64,000 bases of DNA. Origin: an uncultured delta proteobacterium (lineage in GTDB: Bacteria > Myxococcota_A > Polyangia > Polyangiales > Polyangiaceae). Of this stretch, positions 44,501-53,886 are shown piece by piece. Where the stretch lies: contig CAVQUB010000007.1 in NCBI GenBank assembly GCA_963716725.1, positions 96,001 through 160,000 on the forward strand, read 5' to 3'. The notes beneath the pieces are model-generated. The model had not been told where the DNA came from and searched no databases. It worked only from the letters and a program-made list of their open reading frames with translations. Each line of letters starts with the position of its first letter. Position 1 is the stretch's first letter. The position numbers and the translations under genes were made by a program.

Positions 44501-45265
44501 TACCCCGGAGCTGACCGGCTCGTTCACCCGCAAGAAGCACCCCTCCTGCTTGGTGTCGAGGACTCGTGGAGGCACGAAGGCGCCCGGCGTCGCGCTCCAG
44601 CGAGCCGGCCAGGGTCCGGGCCGCTCCGCGTCGAAGCCTCGATACGAGTCCGGTGCCGCGCCGCGGCCGAAGGGTCCGGCCAGTCGCAGGTGATCGACAC
44701 AGCCGTACTCACGGGCCGAGAGCTGCTCGACGTTCTTGGTCGCGCCCGCGTAGGCCTCGTCTGCCCACCACTCGACCAGCTCGGCGCGCGCTCGCCAGCC
44801 CATGGCCAGCGGTTCCTTCATCGCGTCCGAAACGAACGAGCGCCAACGCGGCCAGAGATCCTTGCCATGGTTGCGCAGCGCGACCGCGCGGTTCGCCGCG
44901 AACCAGGCCACGATGGGCGCCCGCGGATCGCTCGACGCCCGTGCCGCGCGGGTGGCGTTCAAATAGTGATCCGGTGCCTGCTGCATCTTGCCGTGGATGG
45001 CGTCGTCGAGCCCGCGAGCGAGGTGCGCGAGCATGCCGCCGCCTCCGATCTCCTCGAGCCGAGTTCGTGCTCGCGCGGCCGTGCGGGCGTCGCCGCCGGG
45101 CGAGATCATTTCGAGCAGCAGCCACTCGCCCGCGAGCTCGGCGCTGGTCGTGGTGGGGCCGACGCGCCGCAGCTCGCCCAGGGGCGTCTGCGCGTGCTCT
45201 GCGCCACGGCCGCCCGTGCAGGCGGCGAGCACGGAGAGCAGAACCAAGAAGAACCAATGCTTCAC
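41513..45265 (-). CDS. Giant TPR + DUF3857/transglutaminase-like lipoprotein, catalytic residues apparently lost
   Basis: Lipobox LAAC; LEVGDYIE DUF3857-like motif; GNRWRA where the paralog has GDCKDKA. Confidence 0.75.
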   Translation of the reverse strand: MKHWFFLVLLSVLAACTGGRGAEHAQTPLGELRRVGPTTTSAELAGEWLLLEMISPGGDARTAARARTRLEEIGGGGMLAHLARGLDDAIHGKMQQAPDHYLNATRAARASSDPRAPIVAWFAANRAVALRNHGKDLWPRWRSFVSDAMKEPLAMGWRARAELVEWWADEAYAGATKNVEQLSAREYGCVDHLRLAGPFGRGAAPDSYRGFDAERPGPWPARWSATPGAFVPPRVLDTKQEGCFLRVNEPVSSGVFYAETFLELESSMEVIIAAQGALALFIDDAKLLDRDPRIWGVWPRFGVQVWLDAGRHRVVARLADPQTSLRVLRADGRPADVKASSDAAAPYSVVPPKVVGDPNVVSRHIAASGVVDPGDDVSRFLLAYLAYAEGQGDVAAVLTEPLIKDNAKATGLVLGASATFADKDPLFDPTSVRDLARELHGRAIKKDPKLWQSELSLALWEGERAGPTEAVRRLRGLTEAYPEVSGLLFALARLYGELGWSAEYTEAAKKLAERFPDDVEALSAALSVHEVQGDRARADALAARIRRLDPDSEVGLTRALAREDYAAALTELRRIGARHPERKDLAERIFDVMVRAGNTSETWKKLEAAIDKSPLDGAARLALADARYGAGKRDSLRKALVDALASGAGTGALEEALDLVEGTTELEHYRLDARAIIRDYEASGIALQGTAARVLDYAAIWVHDDGSSRMLEHEVIRIQSPEAIGKLAEHPKLEGVVLHARVIKKDGRVLEPEEVVGKPTITFPHLEVGDYIETEHVMSKAGDGRGKQYVSPHWFFREENIAYARSEFVMIVPDSKDLAIETHGNVPPPAIEKKDGIVSRRWRVDKSPAAEVEPGSPPITEFLPSVRVGWGISLEERVAVLGDSLAEAAPVDPRIRRIATKIVSPLPRTETRERTRKLYRWVLSNVEEGPEADGRRVIVGKRGNRWRAFMTLCRSLGIKTEYAVAKNRLSPAAPGQITQATQYVEPLVRVSTGQGPIWLTVASKFAPFGYVPAEIRGVEAFVLTEAGPKKIVTPAGGTEDSVTYEGTVDLAADGSAKLDLVQSFSGKYAMAVRSAFIQLPESQLRDLVESKLLGRALRGARLLSHEITHLDDLDHPLLLKMKAEMPGFAQSVGGDLSISPPFSPRVAQLATLPARQTPLMIGEATHQEIRLRIQPPKGAAPRDVLAGVTIKDADRSVTIADRLDGSVLLLDRVLDIPAGRVTPEAYPAFLDFARRADAALGRDVRLRLGR

Positions 45266-48200
45266 GGCGTCACCACCAAGCGTGCGCCAATGGCGCGGTC
45301 CACGTCTTCGCAGAACTTCTTGAACGCCGGGTATTGGGCCGGCGTGACTCGAGTCGCGCTCACCTCGATTCGGGTCTTCACCGTCACCTGGGCGCCCTGG
45401 ACCGTGACCTCCACCGCAAACGATCCGAAGGCGGACTTGCCCGAGCTGCTGACCGGTGACGATTTGACCTTGGTGCCCGCGGGAAGCTTCACGACAATGG
45501 TGTCATCGATGGTCGAGAACGACGGGATCCGCACGTCTTGCTTGCGCTGGGAGAGCGCCGCGTAGTTGGTCGTCAAGCGAACGCTCGGCGTGACGGACAT
45601 GCTCGAGACGTCGCCCTCCTTCCGGGCAAAGCCGCGCGCCGTGCCGCGCACCGTGAGCTTGGGGCTGACCTCGAGGTTCTCGAGATCTCCGGCCACGATG
45701 CCGGCGGCGCCCGGGTTGATCTCGAAGCCAGGGAACTCGCGGCCGAGATCCGTGTTCACGCGCGTGCGCCGCGTCGACTCGGCGTGATAGCGGCGCCGCC
45801 AGTCCGCCGCCTCGGCGCCCCGGGCTTCGTAGTCGAGCTCGAGCTTCGCGTCCCCGGTCGGGCTGAGCGCTGCGGTCACCGTGCGCGCGAGCACGCTCTT
45901 CTTCGCGTCGCGCTCCGGCACGCGAACCAGCTTCGAGTCCCCTTTGTTCACCAAGAGCGCCAGCGCGCCGGCGTCCATGTCGGGGAGTTCGGAGGAGCCG
46001 GTGTACTCAGCGGTTCCGTCCAGGTAGAGATCGAGGGACGGCACGTAGGCGATAGCGTGATCGAAGGCCGCCAGGCTCGGGACCTTCGAGCGGAAGTCGC
46101 CGCGCATCTGGGTGCGCAAGATCACGATGGTCGACGGCACGCCGAGCTCCTCGAGCAGGGTGACGATCACCGTCGCCTTGTCTTTGCAGTCGCCCCACCC
46201 CCGGGTGACGGTCTGCACGCAGCGTCGGGGTTTGTAGCCGTAGATGCCGAACTCGAGGGCAACATAGCGGGTGTTCTTGACCACCCAGTTGTAGACCGCC
46301 TTGACCTTGTCGAGGTCGGTCTTGGCTCCCTTGGCCACCTCGTGCGCCAGCTTCTTGGTCTCGGCGTCGAGGTCGAACTGCTCCTTGACCAGTCCCCAGT
46401 ACCAGCGCCCCAGATCCTTCCAGTCTTTGTAGGTCGAGACGTGCACGAAGCCGAGCACCTCGGACCACGGAGGCATGGCGCCCTCGGGATTCAGGGCCGG
46501 CACCTTGGCGGCGCTGAAGCGATATACGCGCTGATCGCCGCGATCGAGGGTCTCGCGCTTCAGACCCGGGACCTGCTCGTCGATGTAAAACGTGCGTTTC
46601 TTCGGGGTGATCAGCACGTATTCCGCGTTCTGCACCGGCTCGCTCGACTGGAGGTAGACCACCTCGCCGAAGTAGTCGGCGTAGTCGTTGCGCGACGTGA
46701 CCTCGTCGATGCGGTATCTGAGCTCGACGACGTCGCCGGGGTCGAGGCGTGGGAACTGCACGTAGAAGTTCCGCGCCGAGGTGTACATGCTGATCGAGGG
46801 ATCGTCCGCGGCCCCCTCGCCGTATTCGACGGCTTCGTCCGTGCGTCCATCGCCTCGGTAGACGCGCGCGCCGCGGAGCTGAACCACCTCCCGATCCGAC
46901 TCGTACTGGAAAGCGTACTGTCGGGCCAAGGCAGCGCCTGCGTCGTTGAGGGGCTGGAACACGACCTGACGGAACTTGCCGCTGAGGCCGTTCTCGTAGA
47001 CCGTGGTCACGGTCAGGTCGCGGAGCACACGCTTGTTCTGCCCGGCCGCCGGCGCGTGCCGCAGCTTCAGGAACTTCTCGCTCTTCCAGGCCCACGCCTC
47101 GTCGGGTCGCGGCTTCTGGGGCTCGATGTGCTCGACGTACTCCCGCACGTCCTTGTCCTGCGGTCGGATCTTCAAAATGCTCCGAAGCAAGGTCAGCTGT
47201 TCGTCGCGTCGCCCCAGCTCGCCCTGCAAATCTGCCAGTGCGCGCAGGGTGCCGACGTCCTCCGGAGCGAGGGCCAGCGCGCGCTGATAGGTGGCGATGG
47301 CGCGCTCCGCCTGGCCCTGAGCCCGGAACGCTCGGGCGGCGACCCCATGGGACCACTGGCTGTCCGGATCGATCTCCAGCAAGCGTTCGACCCAGCGTGT
47401 GGTCGCCGCGCGGTCCCCACGGGACAGCGCTAGATCGATCTGCCCGTTCAGGAACGCCGGATCGTCGAAGCGCAACGCAGCGTAGCGTGCCTCGCTCTCG
47501 TTGGCCTCGGTGGCGCGCCCCAGCGATCGCAGCTGAGAGGCGTGCATGTTGAGCAGGGAGAGCGCCCTCGGGTTGCGGTCGATGGCGGCTTCCAACGTCG
47601 CCAGCGCCGTTCGCTTGAGCCCCGCGATGTTGTAGGTCGCGACACGGCCGGCGATGGCGTCCACCTGATCGGGATCGATGGCGAGCACCCGGTCGAAGTA
47701 GCGCGTTGCGGTCTGCCAGCTCAGCCCCGTGCGCGCCAGATCGGCCCGTGCGAGCAACACGTCCACGTCCTCTTTGCCACGCTTCTTTGCCAGCGCCTCC
47801 GCCTTGTCGACCCAATCGCGGCGCTGATTGCGATCTTCGCTGAGCTCACCCGCGAGCAGCAGGCGGTCCACGGTGGGCTCCAGCTCGGCCGCGCGTCGCG
47901 CGGCGTCGCGCGCTTCGTGTTTGTTCTGGTCGTCGCCGCTGGTCGCCGCCAGGTAGCGCGCCCAAGCCTCGAGGTCCGATGCTCGCGGCGCCTTGCCGCC
48001 CACCACCGCTGCGAAGGCCTGCACCGGTCCCAGGGGGCCGCGAGCCGGCGCGGCTTTCATCGGGGCCTTCTTGTCTGTCTTGTTGGGCGCGAGCTTGGCC
48101 GCCTCGGCGCTCGCTGCCAGATCGTTGCTGGTCTCTAGTGCCGTGTCCGGCGCGCCCTTCGCGTCCGCGAGCCGCACGGAAACTGCGGGCGGAGCGTCGT

Positions 48201-48966
48201 CGCTGCACACCTTGACGGTCAGATCGTTGTACCCCGGCGCGAGCGTCAGCTGGGTCGCGAAGCGATCCGCGTCGTGGCCCCGGTAGGCCGGGTCTTCGAG
48301 GGCCGCGCGCCCATTCCAGTAGAGCCTGAAGCTGCCGCTCGCTCCGACCCAAGCGCTGATGGTTCGCGGCGCCTTCGAGCCGGCCTTGGCCCGGACGAAG
48401 GTCGTGGCAAACGCGCACACCTTCCGGTCCGGTCTCAGGAGCGATCCGAAGTCGACGTACCCAAATGGAAAGGCGTCGGGCGCGACGCGCCACCGCACGG
48501 GTCGCTCCTTGCCCGAGTAGGCGCGGCCCGGCACGATGGCCTGCGCGAAGTCCGCCTCCGGTCCGTGCTCGACACCGAGGCCACCGCGATCTTCGTTGTC
48601 GAAAGGCCCCACCACCAACCAACGCCTGACGAATCCCAGGGAGTCGACCTTCGATCGCGCCGCCGCGACGTCACCACGACGCATGCGCGCGTAGGCGCCG
48701 AGCAAACCGGCGTAGGCGCGCACCGGGGCGTCGAGCCTGCCGCTTTGCTCCGCCGCCGCGAGCGCCTCCTCGACGTGGGTAGGATCGGCGCGGTCCCAGG
48801 TGTTCCACACCCCCCGCAGCGCCTCGTAGGCCTGCGCGCCGCGGGCGCCGTCGAGTCGCGAGAGCTCCTTTTTCAGCGCCGGATGAAACTGGCCCAGGTT
48901 CGCGTCCGAATGCGAAGCGAGGCAGCACGTCGCCAGCGCGAAAAGCCAGAAAGCACAGCGTTTCAC
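45262..48966 (-). CDS. Giant TPR + DUF3857 + transglutaminase-like protein
   Basis: RYVALEFG, GDCKDKA, FDHAIAY, YLDGT triad; TPRs; GTG start 48966 with signal peptide inferred. Confidence 0.85.
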   Translation of the reverse strand: MKRCAFWLFALATCCLASHSDANLGQFHPALKKELSRLDGARGAQAYEALRGVWNTWDRADPTHVEEALAAAEQSGRLDAPVRAYAGLLGAYARMRRGDVAAARSKVDSLGFVRRWLVVGPFDNEDRGGLGVEHGPEADFAQAIVPGRAYSGKERPVRWRVAPDAFPFGYVDFGSLLRPDRKVCAFATTFVRAKAGSKAPRTISAWVGASGSFRLYWNGRAALEDPAYRGHDADRFATQLTLAPGYNDLTVKVCSDDAPPAVSVRLADAKGAPDTALETSNDLAASAEAAKLAPNKTDKKAPMKAAPARGPLGPVQAFAAVVGGKAPRASDLEAWARYLAATSGDDQNKHEARDAARRAAELEPTVDRLLLAGELSEDRNQRRDWVDKAEALAKKRGKEDVDVLLARADLARTGLSWQTATRYFDRVLAIDPDQVDAIAGRVATYNIAGLKRTALATLEAAIDRNPRALSLLNMHASQLRSLGRATEANESEARYAALRFDDPAFLNGQIDLALSRGDRAATTRWVERLLEIDPDSQWSHGVAARAFRAQGQAERAIATYQRALALAPEDVGTLRALADLQGELGRRDEQLTLLRSILKIRPQDKDVREYVEHIEPQKPRPDEAWAWKSEKFLKLRHAPAAGQNKRVLRDLTVTTVYENGLSGKFRQVVFQPLNDAGAALARQYAFQYESDREVVQLRGARVYRGDGRTDEAVEYGEGAADDPSISMYTSARNFYVQFPRLDPGDVVELRYRIDEVTSRNDYADYFGEVVYLQSSEPVQNAEYVLITPKKRTFYIDEQVPGLKRETLDRGDQRVYRFSAAKVPALNPEGAMPPWSEVLGFVHVSTYKDWKDLGRWYWGLVKEQFDLDAETKKLAHEVAKGAKTDLDKVKAVYNWVVKNTRYVALEFGIYGYKPRRCVQTVTRGWGDCKDKATVIVTLLEELGVPSTIVILRTQMRGDFRSKVPSLAAFDHAIAYVPSLDLYLDGTAEYTGSSELPDMDAGALALLVNKGDSKLVRVPERDAKKSVLARTVTAALSPTGDAKLELDYEARGAEAADWRRRYHAESTRRTRVNTDLGREFPGFEINPGAAGIVAGDLENLEVSPKLTVRGTARGFARKEGDVSSMSVTPSVRLTTNYAALSQRKQDVRIPSFSTIDDTIVVKLPAGTKVKSSPVSSSGKSAFGSFAVEVTVQGAQVTVKTRIEVSATRVTPAQYPAFKKFCEDVDRAIGARLVVTP

Positions 48967-49268
48967 GGCCGGACCATAAGCACCGGTCCGAGGGACCTGC
49001 AATTCTCTCCGCCCGAGCGCGAGCCCCGGGGCCGGACCGCGCAGAAATCCGCAGGTTTCCCCGGCTCGTGAGCCACCCCGCGAGGCGGTGCTTGCTGGCC
49101 CGTAGGGTGTTCGGTAGAAGGGTGGAACGCTATCAGGCTCGAACCCTTCGTTCTCCGGCGGTTTTCGTCGAAGCGCGGGGGGAACAACTGGGACGGCACT
49201 TAGCAAGCCGTTTCGGTGCCGCGTAGGCGGCGCTCGTGAGTGAGCACGAGCGGCTTGCGGAGGTTCGG

Positions 49269-49751
49269 ATGGTTAACCCGCAGATGGTGATGTACGAAGA
49301 GGAGTTCAACCAGATCCAGACGGTCGTAGACCGCCTGGTGAAGGAAGCGAACGCCAGAGTCGTCTTCATCGTCGACAAGAATGGGCAGCTCATCGCAGCA
49401 GCTGGCGACATCGACAACTTGGATACGACGTCGCTCGCCTCGCTGACGGCGGGCAACATCGCCGCTACCGGCGGCATCGCAAAGCTCCTACGTGAGAACG
49501 AGTTCGCAGCTCAGTTCCACGAAGGGGAGAAGGCGAACATCCACATTCAGCTCGTCGGCAACCGCGTGATTCTCGTGGTGATCTTCGACGCCAAATCGAG
49601 CCTCGGGCTGGTACGCCTGCGGGTGCGCAAGGCGACGGACGAGCTGAATCGGATCTTCGAGGCCTTACTCTCGAAGGTGGCGGCGCCCGGCGCAGACTCG
49701 CCGTTCGCCGAAATCACCGACGAAGACATCGACAACCTCTTCAACGACTGA
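49269..49751 (+). CDS. mglB: Roadblock/LC7 GAP MglB
   Basis: VMYEEEF, DKNGQLIA, LASLTAGNIAATGG, ITDEDIDNLF. Confidence 0.96.
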   Translation: MVNPQMVMYEEEFNQIQTVVDRLVKEANARVVFIVDKNGQLIAAAGDIDNLDTTSLASLTAGNIAATGGIAKLLRENEFAAQFHEGEKANIHIQLVGNRVILVVIFDAKSSLGLVRLRVRKATDELNRIFEALLSKVAAPGADSPFAEITDEDIDNLFND

Positions 49752-49766
49752 GGAGAGGTCCGGGCG

Positions 49767-50354
49767 ATGAGCTTCATCAACTACATGGCCCGGGAGATCA
49801 ACTGCAAGATCGTCTACTACGGGCCCGGGCTCTGCGGGAAAACGACGAACCTGCAGTACATCTACGAGCGCACGAACCCCGACGCGAAGGGCAAGATGAT
49901 CAGCCTCGCGACGGAGACGGAGCGCACGCTCTTCTTCGACTTCCTGCCGCTCTCGCTCGGTGAGATCCGCGGATTCAAGACGCGCTTCCACCTCTACACG
50001 GTGCCCGGTCAGGTGTTCTACGACGCCAGCCGCAAGCTCATCCTCAAGGGTGTGGACGGCGTCGTCTTCGTGGCCGACTCGCAGATCGAGCGCCTCGAAG
50101 CCAACCAAGAGAGTTTGGACAACCTTCGCACCAACCTGGCGGAGCAGGGCTACTCTCTCGAGAAGCTCCCCTACGTGATCCAGTACAACAAGCGCGATCT
50201 GCCCAACGCCGTCGAAGTCGCCGAGCTTCGCGAGCTTCTGAATCCCACCGGCGTGCCCGACTACGAGGCCAACGCGCGCTCCGGCATGGGCGTGTTCGAC
50301 ACGCTGAAGGCCGTGAGCAAGCTGGTGCTCACCGAGCTGAAGCGCGGCGGCTGA
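49767..50354 (+). CDS. mglA: Small GTPase MglA
   Basis: [29 protein letters not shown]. Confidence 0.98.
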   Translation: MSFINYMAREINCKIVYYGPGLCGKTTNLQYIYERTNPDAKGKMISLATETERTLFFDFLPLSLGEIRGFKTRFHLYTVPGQVFYDASRKLILKGVDGVVFVADSQIERLEANQESLDNLRTNLAEQGYSLEKLPYVIQYNKRDLPNAVEVAELRELLNPTGVPDYEANARSGMGVFDTLKAVSKLVLTELKRGG

Positions 50355-50382
50355 GCGCGTTGTTGCGGCGCGCACGCGGCAG

Positions 50383-50862
50383 TCAGACGACGAGCGTCGA
50401 CTGCAGCTGACGATGTGCCTCGAAGAGTACGATCGCCAAGGCCACCGCGAGGTTCAGGCTTCGAGTCTGACCTAGAGACGGCACCGTCACGATCGCCGTC
50501 GCGGCGTCGAGCTCGGCCTGAGGGAGGCCTTGGCTTTCGGAGCCAAAGAGGAGCAGATCCGTCGGCGCGAATCGAAACCGCGTGAGGTCGGTCGCCTGGG
50601 ATTGTGCCGCGGTTGCGATGACTCGGCCAGGGTGGCTTCGGAGGACTCGCTCAGGTTCCTCGACCCGTATCCAGTGGATCTTGCTGAACGCTCCGGCCGA
50701 AACGACGCGCATCTCCCGCGACCGGGACTTGCCATAGCGATCGCGAATCAGCCGCCGTGGATCGAAGACATGGCACTCGGACAGGCCGAAGACTTCGAGG
50801 GTTCGAGCGAGCACGCAGAGATTGCGAAAGTCCTGCGGTGCGTACAGAAACACGTTCGCCAT
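50383..50862 (-). CDS. SpoU/TrmH-family RNA methyltransferase
   Basis: LLFGSESQGL, SLNLAVALAIVLFE SPOUT motifs. Confidence 0.85.
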   Translation of the reverse strand: MANVFLYAPQDFRNLCVLARTLEVFGLSECHVFDPRRLIRDRYGKSRSREMRVVSAGAFSKIHWIRVEEPERVLRSHPGRVIATAAQSQATDLTRFRFAPTDLLLFGSESQGLPQAELDAATAIVTVPSLGQTRSLNLAVALAIVLFEAHRQLQSTLVV

Positions 50863-50870
50863 CTGTCTCG

Positions 50871-51251
50871 TCAGCCCACCCTTCTCGGCAGCCGCCCGAC
50901 CTCCTTCACTCGAAACTTCACGATCTTCGCGATCAACGCCAGGGGCATCGGCTCATCGAGGGGGAACTGAACGGAGCCTTTCGCGCTCTTGTATCCGGCC
51001 AGCTCCTTCTTGAATGCGGCGATACCGGACGGAGAGGGATAGAACCCGATGTGCCTCGCGAAGGCGGCGAAGTGCACCAGATTCTCGTGGAGGACGAAGG
51101 TCGGAATGCCGTACTTGATGGTCTCGGTGGCGGCGGGCGCCGACTTCTGCACGGTCGCCCTCAGCTGCTCCAGCAACGCTCGCACCTCCGGCCGACAGCC
51201 TGCGATGTAGGCGTCGACATTCTTGGGCTTTGACTTCGCGCCGACGCTCAC
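50871..51251 (-). CDS. DUF1801/YdhG-like protein
   Basis: VDAYIA, ETIKYGIPTF, HIGFYP, KGSVQFP. Confidence 0.85.
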   Translation of the reverse strand: MSVGAKSKPKNVDAYIAGCRPEVRALLEQLRATVQKSAPAATETIKYGIPTFVLHENLVHFAAFARHIGFYPSPSGIAAFKKELAGYKSAKGSVQFPLDEPMPLALIAKIVKFRVKEVGRLPRRVG

Positions 51252-51361
51252 TTGCCCGCAGCATAGCGTAGAAGCGCAAGACCTCCGCCGAAAGGCCGCG
51301 CTCACCCGGGCGGCGCGCCTTCGACCTGGTCATCAGGCTTCGTCGACCGCAGTCCACACCG

Positions 51362-52045
51362 CTACCATGGCGCCGAAGCGCCCGGCATCGCGAAGTAGCC
51401 GGCTTCGATCGCCATCACGGCGAGCAGCCACAGCGTCGCTTCTTCGTCGAGCGCTGGCGCGAGCCACGCGCAGAACGGCTCTGGCACCGTCGGCAACGCT
51501 GACTCGGGCTCGGTGGCGTGTCTGACGCGGGCCAGGTCGCGACCGCGCAAGAACAGGCGCCCCCCGTCGGAGCCTCTTTGGTAGGCGCCCAGTTCGCCAC
51601 CGTGCGGATCGGAGATGCGGCCCGTCGCGAGGCCGAGCACGCCAAACTCGGATCGATTCACCCAGATCCGACAGTCCGACGGCGTGAAGCTGATGTCGAG
51701 CCGAGTCCAGTGGGTGAGCACGGTGATCTCGCCGCCCTTGCTGCGCTTCTCTGCGCTGAAGCGCGCCAGCTCGCCGCGAGTGCGACAGGAGTGCATGCCA
51801 GCCGTCATGCGGAACACCCGTCTCCCGCCCATCGGCCGGTAGAAGTGCCAGCTGCCGACGCTGTTTCGGGAGACCTCGGCGAGGGTCTGGCTGGTCCAGT
51901 CTTCGAGCCCGTCCGCGCTGCCCGAGGCGATCTGGGCAGCCGTCACGTCGGACTCCTGTTTGTTGAAGAGCACGCCGAGCATCGCGGCAAGGACCACGAC
52001 GAACGCGCCACAGCCGATGAGCCCGCCGATCAGTCCGAGGATCAA
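51362..52045 (-). CDS. Hypothetical membrane-anchored protein
   Basis: Open frame with N-terminal TM helix; TTG start inferred. Confidence 0.55.
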   Translation of the reverse strand: MILGLIGGLIGCGAFVVVLAAMLGVLFNKQESDVTAAQIASGSADGLEDWTSQTLAEVSRNSVGSWHFYRPMGGRRVFRMTAGMHSCRTRGELARFSAEKRSKGGEITVLTHWTRLDISFTPSDCRIWVNRSEFGVLGLATGRISDPHGGELGAYQRGSDGGRLFLRGRDLARVRHATEPESALPTVPEPFCAWLAPALDEEATLWLLAVMAIEAGYFAMPGASAPW

Positions 52046-52207
52046 CGGCTCCGCCTTCCTGTCGCGACTTGACGCGCGTCTTTGGTGCAACGAAGAGCCG
52101 TCGCCTTGGCGGCGTCGGTCCCGATTTGGGCTGCGAGCGGACGGAGCCTCACGGTCTCTGTCTAGCGGAGTCCGCTCCGGTTGCCAAAGGCCAGGCTCCA
52201 GACCGTC

Positions 52208-52290
52208 GCACAACAACCTGGCGTTCACCCGCGAACGCCGCGCATCATCGTAACGGACGGCGTGGCGCTTTTTGAGGCCGCTCGCTCGCC
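52208..52290 (-). repeat. Half attC (family A; only the L'/R' arm remains)
   Basis: gcacaac-aacctggc-gttcacccgcgaacgccg matches family A; partner arm absent. Confidence 0.75.
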
Positions 52291-52401
52291 CGAGCCGTCA
52301 TCGCGCCAGAAGTCGCGGCGTTGTTCCTCGGTGTGCCGCGACCGATAGCTGGCGCGGAAGCTAGCCTCAGCCCTTCGACGCCAACGCTGCGGCCGGCAGT
52401 G

Positions 52402-53250
52402 TCACCGCTCGAGCGGCCGGTACAGTGGGCTGTTGCACCTGGGGTCGAGCCCGAGATCGCGCACCCGGCAACGCCCGCCAACGCAGGCCGCCTGCAACGA
52501 ATCATCAATGCCCTCGGAGAGGCAATCTGGACAGCCGCCCTTGGTCTTGCAACGAGCATTCTTGCGGCGATCAACGGCGATCACCTGGTCTCCGGACGCG
52601 ACGCCGCAGTAGCAGCAGTCCTCGGCCATCAGCGCGCAGTGGGCATCTGCCGAGCAACTGGCCAGCGCTGCCGGCATCACGCGGCGCAAGAGCTTTGGGG
52701 GTCGGACTCTTGGGCACGACGACTTGGTCGTGACGTCGCAACGCGTCTCGACCACGACGCAGCGACGGTTCACACATTCGGCGCTCAAGCCCGACGGAAA
52801 TCCCGAGGCGCACGCCGGGCAGTTGGAGGTGCAGAGCACGTCGTCACCGGAGTCGACGGCCCGCACCTGCTGTGCGCTCAGGGCACCGCAAGGCGGGCAA
52901 CACGCGGCGGGGCGCAGCAGGCATTGATCGTTGCGCGTACAGGAGGCGCGGCGCGCGCTCTGTCCGAGCACGCTGCGCTTGCACTCCGGTCGCGCGGCAT
53001 CGACACCAGCAGCGCGACCGGAATCAGCGTCAGGGACCGAGGTGGAATCGCGCGACGCATCGGGACTGGAAGCGTCGACCGCATCCTGCGCATCCGCCTC
53101 CGGAGCCCAGGTGGCGCTGGCGCCCGGTCCGTCAGCCGCCTCGCCGCCGGCATCCCCAGGCATCAGGGGTTGCGGGGCTTTGGGCGCCCGACAATGCGTG
53201 AGCGCGAGGGCCACGCCGAAGCTCGTCAGGGCGAAGCGAGTGCGACTCAT
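52402..53250 (-). CDS. Cys-rich lipoprotein with two tandem ~10-Cys domains
   Basis: Lipobox-like LTHC, D-A rich linker, duplicated SC..C..CC..C..AV..C..CP.C..AEC/AAC..RC pattern. Confidence 0.7.
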   Translation of the reverse strand: MSRTRFALTSFGVALALTHCRAPKAPQPLMPGDAGGEAADGPGASATWAPEADAQDAVDASSPDASRDSTSVPDADSGRAAGVDAARPECKRSVLGQSARRASCTRNDQCLLRPAACCPPCGALSAQQVRAVDSGDDVLCTSNCPACASGFPSGLSAECVNRRCVVVETRCDVTTKSSCPRVRPPKLLRRVMPAALASCSADAHCALMAEDCCYCGVASGDQVIAVDRRKNARCKTKGGCPDCLSEGIDDSLQAACVGGRCRVRDLGLDPRCNSPLYRPLER

Positions 53251-53449
53251 CGGCCTCGCCTCGAGCTTACGCCAAAGCCGCGACTTTGCGGCGCGAGAGC
53301 TGAGGAGGCAGGCTACGCTCTTTCGCGTTCGTGGATGGACAGATCGTGTTGGCGATCACTGGGACGTGTGGCATCCCGCCGATCGCCGCGAGCCCGGGCG
53401 AGTTCAAGTCGTTCAAAGAGCTGGTCGTCCAGAACTGGGTGCGTGGACG

Positions 53450-53560
53450 CTAGGAGGTCTGGATCAAACGATCGTGGAGCCAGAACACCTCCGTCGGCGA
53501 GAGGTGCCTCATGCCAGGGGTCGATAGAGCTCTGCGTTCCTGCGGAGCATCTGTTCGGCG
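53450..53560 (-). pseudogene. Remnant of antitoxin/Doc (Fic-family) toxin junction
   Basis: ...AEQMLRRNAELYRPLA* overlaps (ATGA) MRHLSPTEVFWLHDRLIQTS*; resembles antitoxin C-terminus and Doc N-terminus. Confidence 0.6.
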
Positions 53561-53683
53561 CGCGTCGGGCGCGCCGACCGGTGCGATCCGGGCGGGGGAT
53601 CACGAGCGGAAGCGAGGCCCTACAACCGCTGTGTGGCACGGCGGTCGGGGCGCCGGGCCCCCGCTGTAACGTGGCGGAGTCTG

Positions 53684-53849
53684 TATCAACGATCCGGCGT
53701 TCACCCGCGAACGCCGAGACCAAGAGATACCAGAGAGCGCGGCGCTGCACACGCGGGCGAGTGCCGCAGACAGGGCGAGCGCCCGCGACGCGCGACGGAC
53801 GGAGAAGTCGGCAAGGCCGGCGTTCGTCGGGTGGAACGGCCAGTTATGC
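53684..53849 (-). repeat. attC10 (family A, 166 bp)
   Basis: Minus strand GCATAAC-TGGCC-GTTCCACCCGACGAACGCCG...CGGCGTTCGCGGGTGAAC-GCCGGATC-GTTGATA. Confidence 0.9.
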
Positions 53850-53886
53850 GGCTGTCGGCAGGGCGCAATCGAGCTATGCTTCAGGC

